Below the pieces are notes generated by a model. The model saw only the letters and a list, made by a program, of their open reading frames with translations. It did no database searches and had not been told where the DNA came from. From a virus (lineage: Duplodnaviria > Heunggongvirae > Uroviricota > Caudoviricetes), in IMG/VR virus record IMGVR_UViG_2660238352_000014: DNA of 5,625 nucleotides. One strand, written 5' to 3'. This document shows, one piece after another, positions 1 to 4,944 of this stretch. Each line of letters opens with the position of its first letter. Position 1 is the stretch's first letter. The translations under genes were made by a program, and so were the position numbers.

Positions 1-1095
1 TACTACTGGAAGGAAAGGTATGCAGCGCCGTATGAGGCGGTTTACGGTGGGTATAAAGGCAAAGCTGCGCAGAATATTCACTTTGTGCCGTTGATGACGG
101 ATGAGCATGGTGTGAATGTGCCGACAAACGAGCCGTCAGAAGATCCGGACATTATCCCGGCGGGATACTATGGCGCTGCGTCACGCACTGCCAGTAACTG
201 GACGTCAGCCGATCGTAAAACGCACTTCAGTTCATGGGCGCGAAGAGGCCTTGTTTCAGACCGCCTGGCAGGTGCCATTTTGCAGTACGCCGGGCGGACA
301 TTATCGTTCCTTACCGGGCAGAGCGCACCGCAGTCGGGTGGTACAACTCCCGGTGATGATGTCAGTCCGGGGGTACCGGGTGTTGAGAAACCGCAGGATG
401 GCGGTGTTGCTGGTACTGGTCATGATGAGGCCGTGAGCAGTACCAGGACGGTGGCTGAATATGATGCGAACAGTGGAAATGGTGTATGGACAGAGCAGCA
501 GTGGGGGGCTGCCGGTGGCAAAGGCACTGTGACTGATGACGGTGGACGGAAAGCGCTGCGACTGGAAAAACAGCCCGGTAAACTGACGTCCTGGAAAATG
601 TTCCGTACTGTTGCAGTGGAGGAGGCAAAAAATCTTCTCAGCAAGGGGGGTGAAATTGCCGTACGGTTCAAAATTCCGGATGGAAGCGAACTGGTGAACG
701 GACAGTTTGTCTTTGGTCTCTACTGGCCGGTGTCGCAGTGGGCGTCAGGCGCGGCAGCAAACAGTATGCTGGCATCATTCTTCCTTCAGACGGATGCATC
801 AAATCTGAATCTTATGCACCACAAGGGCACGTCGAATGCACAACTGGGTACATTTGGTGCGTTTGACCATAACTGGCATACGGTTGTTTTCCGCTTTGCG
901 GGAAATAACAGCGAAAGAGTCGTTCCGGTGATTGATGGTACAGAGCAGACGGCGTTTGACCTTGTGATGTGGACAAATGATGGCTTTACAGCAGATACGC
1001 TGACGCTGACAGATATCACGGGGGCAAAAGCGACGTATCCTGTACTGCTTGATACGGTCACAGTCAAAGTTAACGAAAGCCGGGCATCATCATAA
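1..1095 (+). CDS. 3' portion of a large ORF (5' end outside window); C-terminal ~200 aa resemble a concanavalin-A/LamG-like lectin jelly-roll domain; possibly a NanS-p-type carbohydrate esterase moron or other glycan-binding phage protein
   Basis: Frame 1 is open from base 1 to TAA at 1093-1095, so the GTG at 85 in the ORF track is not the true start. C-terminal motifs such as FDHNWHTVVF and alternating hydrophobic beta-strand patterns are typical of lectin-like jelly rolls. In lambdoid prophages the position just upstream of S commonly carries such morons. Identity not verified. Confidence 0.6.
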   Translation, partial: YYWKERYAAPYEAVYGGYKGKAAQNIHFVPLMTDEHGVNVPTNEPSEDPDIIPAGYYGAASRTASNWTSADRKTHFSSWARRGLVSDRLAGAILQYAGRTLSFLTGQSAPQSGGTTPGDDVSPGVPGVEKPQDGGVAGTGHDEAVSSTRTVAEYDANSGNGVWTEQQWGAAGGKGTVTDDGGRKALRLEKQPGKLTSWKMFRTVAVEEAKNLLSKGGEIAVRFKIPDGSELVNGQFVFGLYWPVSQWASGAAANSMLASFFLQTDASNLNLMHHKGTSNAQLGTFGAFDHNWHTVVFRFAGNNSERVVPVIDGTEQTAFDLVMWTNDGFTADTLTLTDITGAKATYPVLLDTVTVKVNESRASS

Positions 1096-1100
1096 CCGGC

Positions 1101-1137
1101 AAAAAAAGCCGCCAGCGGCAGGAACGGAAGCTGGCGG
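1101..1137 (-). terminator. Intrinsic terminator oriented for leftward (minus-strand) transcription
   Basis: 8-bp stem GCCGCCAGC(1109-1116)/GCTGGCGG(1130-1137) with a 13-nt loop, flanked on the + strand by A7 (1101-1107), which is a U7 tract after the hairpin on the minus strand. No U-tract follows on the + strand. Confidence 0.45.
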
Positions 1138-1234
1138 AGGTAATCCCAATGGAGAATGTAAAGAAAAGATGCTTTCGTATATCGGTTTTTTAAATGAAAA
1201 CAGTTCTCATTGTCAACCATAACGGTAAGAAACT

Positions 1235-1429
1235 ATGACATTTGTTCATCAGGTGATGCTGTACTTCTGTACGGCGGTCTGTGTGCTGTATCTTCTTTCG
1301 GGTGGGTACAGGGCAGTGCGCGATTTCTGGCGCAGGCAGATTGATAAAAGGGCCGCAGAGAAAATCAGCGCCAGTCAGTCAGCCGGAGCAAAAACAGAAG
1401 CCCCACTCATTCCGGAACAACCTTCTTAA
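1235..1429 (+). CDS. Hypothetical small membrane protein (64 aa, one predicted TM helix)
   Basis: ORF with a hydrophobic stretch VMLYFCTAVCVLYLLSGG; weak SD (AAGAAA). Alternative frame 1281..1745 is open across this region, so the coding assignment is uncertain. Confidence 0.3.
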   Translation: MTFVHQVMLYFCTAVCVLYLLSGGYRAVRDFWRRQIDKRAAEKISASQSAGAKTEAPLIPEQPS

Positions 1430-1454
1430 TAACCCCTTTCAACGAGAAAATCCT

Positions 1455-1745
1455 ATGTCAGAAATAAAATCGCTGGTCACTGCTGAGGCAGTGAAGGAAG
1501 TCCTGCGCTCTGAAGAAGTCCGGAGCGCACTGAAACAGCAACTTCGGCAGAACCTTGAGGCGCGTCTTGATGCAGAAGTGGATGCCATTCTGGATGAATT
1601 GCTTGGTGCACAGCCGGAACCATCCCCGGAACTGCTTCCGGAACCACAGGCGGAAGATGTCACCACGGAAAATGGTGATATTCAGCCGGAGCCACCGGTG
1701 ACGGATATGACAGACACACAGCCAGAATCGGGCACAATGCTGTAA
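1455..1745 (+). CDS. Hypothetical acidic protein (96 aa) with Pro/Glu-rich C-terminal half
   Basis: ATG at 1455 follows the stop of the previous ORF. The N-terminal half looks helical (EVLRSEEVRSALKQQLRQNLEARLDAEVDAILDELL) and is followed by PEPSPELLPEPQ-type repeats. Codon usage is host-like. The SD is weak and I recognise no homolog. Confidence 0.45.
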   Translation: MSEIKSLVTAEAVKEVLRSEEVRSALKQQLRQNLEARLDAEVDAILDELLGAQPEPSPELLPEPQAEDVTTENGDIQPEPPVTDMTDTQPESGTML

Positions 1746-1771
1746 CGGTGAGTCAGGGTCATCAGTAAAGA

Positions 1772-1779
1772 GCTGGTGG
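1772..1779 (+). other. Chi site (5'-GCTGGTGG-3')
   Basis: Exact octamer match on + strand. Confidence 0.6.
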
Positions 1780-1820
1780 CCCTTTTGTTGTTGTGAGCTT
1801 CCGAGTACGGGAGACGGGGT

Positions 1821-2036
1821 ATGTACCAGATGGAAAAAATCACAACAGGTGTGTCATACACCACGTCAGCGGTGGGAACGGGCTACTGGTTCCTGCAGTT
1901 GCTGGACAGGGTTTCCCCGTCTCAGTGGGCGGCAATAGGCGTGCTGGGGAGTCTGCTGTTTGGGCTGCTGACATATCTGACTAACCTGTATTTCAAAATC
2001 AGAGAGGACCGTCGTAAGGCAGCGCGGGGAGAGTAA
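1821..2036 (+). CDS. S: Pinholin, phage 21 S21 family (71 aa; possible second start at Met4 giving 68 aa)
   Basis: By-memory near-identity to S21 over the core ([46 protein letters not shown]). Two TM segments, the first Gly/Ala/Ser/Thr-rich (SAR-like). SD GGGAGACGGGG precedes the ATG. Sits immediately upstream of a SAR endolysin. Confidence 0.9.
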   Translation: MYQMEKITTGVSYTTSAVGTGYWFLQLLDRVSPSQWAAIGVLGSLLFGLLTYLTNLYFKIREDRRKAARGE

Positions 2037-2040
2037 GGCG

Positions 2041-2550
2041 ATGAATAAACAATACGAACTGGTTGTTAAAGGGATAAATAATTACCCGGATAAGATTACT
2101 GTTACTGTAGCGCTGGAAACGGGTGGGTATACGTCACTGTTGTTGCCAAATGTGGTGATTGATCTTGATCGTGTTGAAGGTGCCACGCTGGAATTTTACG
2201 AAGCTGAGGCGAAAAAGAAGGCGAAGCAGTTTTTCATGGATATTGCTGCCGGGTTATGTGAAGGGGATGAACAGTCACAGGAAAAGTGCCTTTGTTCCGA
2301 AGATCGGTATACCATACAAATTAACAATGCATATAACACGATACTGTCAGAAAAAGATGATATCGAATCACGCATTGAAAAACTGGAGAATTGCGTCGTT
2401 GAACTGAATAAAAAACTGTCGACGCTGATGCCTTCTGAAGATGCAAAAAAACGCCGCGATGAGCAGTTCGCGGCGTTTTACGATTATTGCATTGAAGTTA
2501 CTCGCAGGAATTTTGTGAAGGCTTTTGAGGAGAGTAAATCTCTTCAGTAA
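2041..2550 (+). CDS. Hypothetical protein (169 aa), inserted between holin and endolysin; N-terminal beta-rich region, C-terminal coiled-coil-like helices, three Cys (C-x11-C-x-C)
   Basis: ATG 4 nt after the holin stop, using the SD-like sequence at the holin 3' end. GC looks lower than flanking lysis genes (first 60 nt about 30% GC by hand count). No recognisable homolog. Confidence 0.6.
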   Translation: MNKQYELVVKGINNYPDKITVTVALETGGYTSLLLPNVVIDLDRVEGATLEFYEAEAKKKAKQFFMDIAAGLCEGDEQSQEKCLCSEDRYTIQINNAYNTILSEKDDIESRIEKLENCVVELNKKLSTLMPSEDAKKRRDEQFAAFYDYCIEVTRRNFVKAFEESKSLQ

Positions 2551-2758
2551 GCTTAATGGCGGACGCTGCAATTAATTCAGGAAGGTCCGCAAGGTCATCT
2601 GTCAGTGGGAATGATGAAAAATCGGCGGCAGTTCTGTTAAGAATTGCTTTAACTAATTCCTTTTCCTCATCCGGCAACACGTTGATTAGAGCTACGACTG
2701 CTTGCCTGAGTGCGATTAAATCAGCAAAAGTTTGTTTTGGTAGATTTGGATAATCCAT
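2498..2758 (-). CDS. Hypothetical small acidic protein (86 aa), convergent with and overlapping the 3' end of the 169-aa ORF by 53 bp
   Basis: ATG at 2758-2756 (minus) is preceded by a strong SD (minus-strand ACAGAGGTGACT-ATG). The longer ORF-track start at 2830 has no SD. AT-rich codons (CTA, TTA, AGA) match the neighbouring inserted gene. Product is acidic and predicted helical. Confidence 0.5.
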   Translation of the reverse strand: MDYPNLPKQTFADLIALRQAVVALINVLPDEEKELVKAILNRTAADFSSFPLTDDLADLPELIAASAIKLTEEIYSPQKPSQNSCE

Positions 2759-2793
2759 AGTCACCTCTGTGTTTATCAGATTGACATACCCTG

Positions 2794-2812
2794 GCCAGTG
2801 CCCACCACTGGC
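2794..2812. promoter_or_regulatory. Perfect inverted repeat GCCAGTG-cccac-CACTGGC in the divergent intergenic region between the 86-aa minus gene and the endolysin; candidate operator or RNA hairpin
   Basis: 7-bp arms with 5-nt spacer seen directly; a perfect TTGACA hexamer lies at 2781-2786 on the + strand but lacks a convincing -10. Confidence 0.3.
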
Positions 2813-2869
2813 GGGGTGAAGGCTTAACATATCCAGGGATTCGGAACCGATAAATCCTGATAAATATCC

Positions 2870-3403
2870 ATGAACGCAAAAATCAAATACGGCCTGTCAG
2901 CTGCTGTTCTGGCGCTGATTGCTGCAGGCGCGTCTGCTCCTCAGATACTTGACCAGTTTCTGGACGAAAAAGAGGGTAACCACACAACGGCATACCGTGA
3001 TGGTGCAGGTATCTGGACCATCTGCCGTGGTGCCATCATGGTGGATGGCAAACCTGTCGTTCCGGGCATGAAGTTGTCGAAGGAAAAATGCGACCAGGTT
3101 AACGCCATTGAGCGTGATAAAGCGCTGGCGTGGGTGGAGAAAAACATCAGAGTGCTGCTGACCGAACCCCAGAAAGCGGGGATCGCGTCATTCTGTCCGT
3201 ACAACATTGGTCCCGGTAAGTGTTTCCCGTCGACGTTTTACAGACGAATTAATGCTGGTGATCGCAGGGGAGCATGCGAGGCGATTCGCTGGTGGATTAA
3301 GGACGGTGGCAGAGACTGCCGTATTCGCTCAAATAACTGTTACGGTCAGGTATCCCGTCGTGACCAGGAGAGTGCGCTGGCGTGCTGGGGAATTGACAGA
3401 TAA
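2870..3403 (+). CDS. R: SAR endolysin (signal-arrest-release lysozyme, T4-lysozyme/GH24 fold, R21-like), 177 aa
   Basis: N-terminal weakly hydrophobic Gly/Ala-rich SAR domain (GLSAAVLALIAAGASAPQ). Catalytic triad spacing E-x8-D-x5-T in KEGNHTTAYRDGAGIWT. By-memory similarity to phage 21 R (..GVWT.C.G.., ..RINAGD..GACE.IRWW..). Paired with a pinholin. No canonical SD upstream of the ATG. Confidence 0.9.
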   Translation: MNAKIKYGLSAAVLALIAAGASAPQILDQFLDEKEGNHTTAYRDGAGIWTICRGAIMVDGKPVVPGMKLSKEKCDQVNAIERDKALAWVEKNIRVLLTEPQKAGIASFCPYNIGPGKCFPSTFYRRINAGDRRGACEAIRWWIKDGGRDCRIRSNNCYGQVSRRDQESALACWGIDR

Positions 3404-3492
3404 GCAGAATATTTTGCTGAAAAATGCGGTTTGCTCACACGGGCGGATAACACGAAATCCTGCGAACTGACAAAAACTAAGTGAATAAAAGT

Positions 3493-3533
3493 AAAAACCC
3501 CGTTTGTTGGCTGCAAGCGGGGTTTTGTGTTTC
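3493..3533. terminator. Rho-independent terminator, probably bidirectional, downstream of the endolysin gene
   Basis: Stem AACCCCG(TTTG)/(CAAG)CGGGGTT with a ~7-nt loop followed by TTTTGTGTTTC on the + strand; A-rich run upstream gives a U-tract on the minus strand as well. Confidence 0.65.
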
Positions 3534-3559
3534 TGACCTTGGATAAGGCAAGGGAGAAC

Positions 3560-3742
3560 ATGGAAAAGTATAAACGAATTCTGTTGAGGTTGACTATGAA
3601 AAACGGCCTTGAACTGAAAGCGCCTGTAACTGATGACATCAGCAGAGCACTGGCTTTTGCCATTAAGTGGGTGGCGGTCGGTGTTGCTGTGTCCCCGATG
3701 CTGTATGGGCTGGCAAAACTGGTCATTGCGTTGAAATCGTGA
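3560..3742 (+). CDS. Hypothetical small membrane protein (60 aa; basic N-terminus, C-terminal TM helix)
   Basis: ATG at 3560 preceded by AAGGGAGA. The ORF-track start at 3527 is a GTG inside the terminator U-tract and is unlikely. TM segment [28 protein letters not shown]. Confidence 0.45.
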   Translation: MEKYKRILLRLTMKNGLELKAPVTDDISRALAFAIKWVAVGVAVSPMLYGLAKLVIALKS

Positions 3743-3756
3743 AGGGAGGATTAAGC

Positions 3757-3888
3757 ATGTCAGACAAACTCATAACGCTGGCGAAGATCCTCTGTGTAAT
3801 TGTCGGCATTTCATTTTCACTAATGCTGGTTGCTCTTTTTCTTTCCATGGCCTGGATGATGTTGTCTTCGTCGGGGCTGCTGGGGTGA
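3757..3888 (+). CDS. Hypothetical small hydrophobic peptide (43 aa, single TM helix); its stop overlaps the Rz start (GTGA)
   Basis: Strong SD AGGGAGG 6 nt upstream of ATG 3757. TM segment [26 protein letters not shown]. The stop/start overlap with the next gene suggests translational coupling. Confidence 0.4.
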   Translation: MSDKLITLAKILCVIVGISFSLMLVALFLSMAWMMLSSSGLLG

Positions 3889-4358
3889 ACATAAACCGAA
3901 TGCTTTCCGCGTTTATCGTTATTCTGCTGGTGGCCTGTGGAGCGCTGTGGATGGCAACAGACCATTACCGTGATAACGCGATTACCTACAAAGCGCAGCG
4001 CGATAACAAAGCCAGTGAACTGAAGCTGGCGAACGCAACCATTACTGATATGCAGGTGCGCCAGCGCGATGTTGCTGCGCTCGATGCAAAATACTCGAGG
4101 GAATTAGCTGATGCGAGAGCTGAAAATGAAACTTTTCGCGCTGACGTTGCCGCTGGTCGTAAGCGCCTGCGTATCAACGCCACCTGTCCAGGTCCCGTGC
4201 GTGAAGCCACCGGCACCGCCCGCGTGGATAATGCAACCGGCCCCCGACTGGCAGACACCGTTACACGGGATTATTTCACCCTCAGAGAGCGGCTGATGAC
4301 GATGCAGAAGCAACTGGAAGGGGCGCAGGAATATATCCGTACTCAGTGCATTAAGTAG
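3885..4358 (+). CDS. Rz: Rz i-spanin (inner-membrane spanin subunit); start either GTG 3885 or ATG 3900
   Basis: By-memory strong similarity to lambda Rz ([46 protein letters not shown]...R.DVAAGR.RL.I.A.C...REAT....[33 protein letters not shown]). N-terminal TM helix followed by a coiled-coil periplasmic domain. Confidence 0.9.
   Translation: MNINRMLSAFIVILLVACGALWMATDHYRDNAITYKAQRDNKASELKLANATITDMQVRQRDVAALDAKYSRELADARAENETFRADVAAGRKRLRINATCPGPVREATGTARVDNATGPRLADTVTRDYFTLRERLMTMQKQLEGAQEYIRTQCIK
3926..3933 (+). other. Chi site (5'-GCTGGTGG-3') inside Rz
   Basis: Exact octamer match on + strand. Confidence 0.6.
4111..4296 (+). CDS. Rz1: Rz1 o-spanin (outer-membrane lipoprotein spanin subunit), fully embedded in the +1 frame of Rz
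   Basis: Signal peptide with lipobox LVVSAC (Cys20) followed by a proline-rich mature region ([30 protein letters not shown]) closely matching lambda Rz1 by memory. SD GAGGGA lies upstream of ATG 4111. Confidence 0.85.
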   Translation: MRELKMKLFALTLPLVVSACVSTPPVQVPCVKPPAPPAWIMQPAPDWQTPLHGIISPSESG

Positions 4359-4381
4359 TCTTTTTATTATCCGGAGGATGT

Positions 4382-4606
4382 ATGAAGAAATTACTGGTAA
4401 CCGTAAAGCCTTTTCAGGGAACAATTCCGTTCCGTATTTTGCAGCGTGGTCGTGTTCTTGTTGAAGGTTCGTTCAGTGGTAAATGTACGCAATTACACTC
4501 CCGGACCTTTCAGGTGAATGCCACGAATGAAGAGCTAACCGTTGAGTGTACGATGAATGCCGCTAAATGCCGCATGGTATCCGCTGCATTACAGCCAGTG
4601 TGTTGA
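4382..4606 (+). CDS. Hypothetical protein (74 aa), conserved-looking small ORF downstream of Rz
   Basis: Strong SD (GGAGGA) 5 nt upstream of the ATG and host-like codon usage. No signal peptide or TM helix. Four Cys residues. Function unknown. Confidence 0.5.
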   Translation: MKKLLVTVKPFQGTIPFRILQRGRVLVEGSFSGKCTQLHSRTFQVNATNEELTVECTMNAAKCRMVSAALQPVC

Positions 4607-4887
4607 GCGACCTTATTATCCATGCGCGGTATTGTCGCCGTATTCCTGCATTAACAGAGACCGCAGCCCGACCGGGAGACTCCTCTGCGCGAGTGTGCGG
4701 GGATAATCAAAAACGATACACACCGGGGTTTACCGCGTTAACGGAGCGCGGCGTTGTCCCCTCATGGTCGCTGGTCCGGTGCGATGGTGGAAGAAACCGG
4801 ACGATGTGTTACCTCGCAAGCTCTGTTATGTCATGTGTCTGATTTGTGATTTAAGTCGGATAATTGTCGTTGCCATTAAACAGAGGA

Positions 4888-4930
4888 TTGATGACCGACA
4901 GGGTGGCATTGTTAGAATAAGACTTATTCT
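4888..4930 (+). promoter_or_regulatory. Putative sigma70 promoter (-35 TTGATG 4888-4893; extended -10 TGtTAGAAT 4910-4918) overlapped by a perfect palindrome AGAATAAG-a-CTTATTCT (4914-4930), upstream of the TonB-C-domain gene
   Basis: Hexamers and palindrome read directly from the sequence. The -35/-10 spacer is 19 bp, which is suboptimal, so the promoter call is tentative. The palindrome is exact. Confidence 0.35.
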
Positions 4931-4944
4931 TATCTGTGCCGGGA

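Noticed and set aside
1109-1137. Plus-strand intrinsic terminator for the large upstream ORF
   Set aside because: The hairpin is followed by AGGTAATCC on the + strand with no U-tract; the U-tract is on the minus strand, so I assigned the terminator to leftward transcription.
116-1220. ORF-track entries 116..436 (+), 362..628 (-), 420..671 (-) and 786..1220 (-) overlapping the large + strand ORF
   Set aside because: All lie inside or antisense to the long open frame 1..1095. Their translations are low-complexity (Arg/Pro/Ser/His-rich), consistent with GC-rich shadow frames rather than real genes.
1281-1745. 154-aa version of the acidic protein starting at ATG 1281
   Set aside because: The N-terminal 58 residues are low-complexity and overlap the alternative 64-aa frame; ATG 1455 follows an in-frame region with no SD at 1281. 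I kept the shorter 1455 start, with limited confidence.
1439-1984. ORF-track entries 1439..1666 (-), 1682..1864 (-) and 1793..1984 (+)
   Set aside because: Antisense or out-of-frame overlaps with the acidic ORF and the well-supported pinholin gene; Ser/Arg-rich junk translations and no SD.
2159-2753. ORF-track entries 2159..2407 (+), 2368..2571 (-) and 2556..2753 (+)
   Set aside because: Shadow frames inside the 169-aa and 86-aa ORFs with no ribosome-binding sites; the selected frames have the convincing SD sequences.
2781-2809. Plus-strand promoter for R based on the perfect TTGACA at 2781-2786
   Set aside because: No acceptable -10 hexamer lies 16-19 bp downstream (ACCACT/CACTGG), so I record only the hexamer and palindrome, not a promoter.
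2498-2830. 110-aa extended form of the minus-strand ORF starting at 2830
   Set aside because: No SD precedes the 2830 start, whereas the internal ATG at 2758 has a strong GAGGTGA SD. The extension would also run through the intergenic palindrome.
2941-3726. ORF-track entries 2941..3207 (-), 3207..3470 (+) and 3346..3726 (-)
   Set aside because: They overlap the well-supported endolysin gene in other frames or run antisense through the terminator and small ORFs, with no SD and implausible composition.
3527-3742. 71-aa form of the small membrane protein starting at GTG 3527
   Set aside because: That GTG lies inside the terminator U-tract with no SD; ATG 3560 with AAGGGAGA is the more credible start.
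3723-4424. Minus-strand ORFs 3723..3965, 3986..4258 and 4104..4424
   Set aside because: Antisense to the Rz/Rz1 region, which is strongly supported by similarity to lambda spanins; likely shadow ORFs.
4914-4933. Fur box at the palindrome upstream of the TonB-C gene
   Set aside because: Only about half the positions match the canonical Fur 7-1-7 repeat (TGATAATnATTATCA) by hand alignment, so I report a palindrome or operator, not a Fur box.
4607-4935. cos site, tRNA or other structured RNA in the ~330-bp non-coding stretch
   Set aside because: No similarity to the lambda cos sequence as I recall it, no tRNA cloverleaf features, and only short imperfect hairpins (for example CCGCG-ttaacggag-CGCGG); too weak to call.
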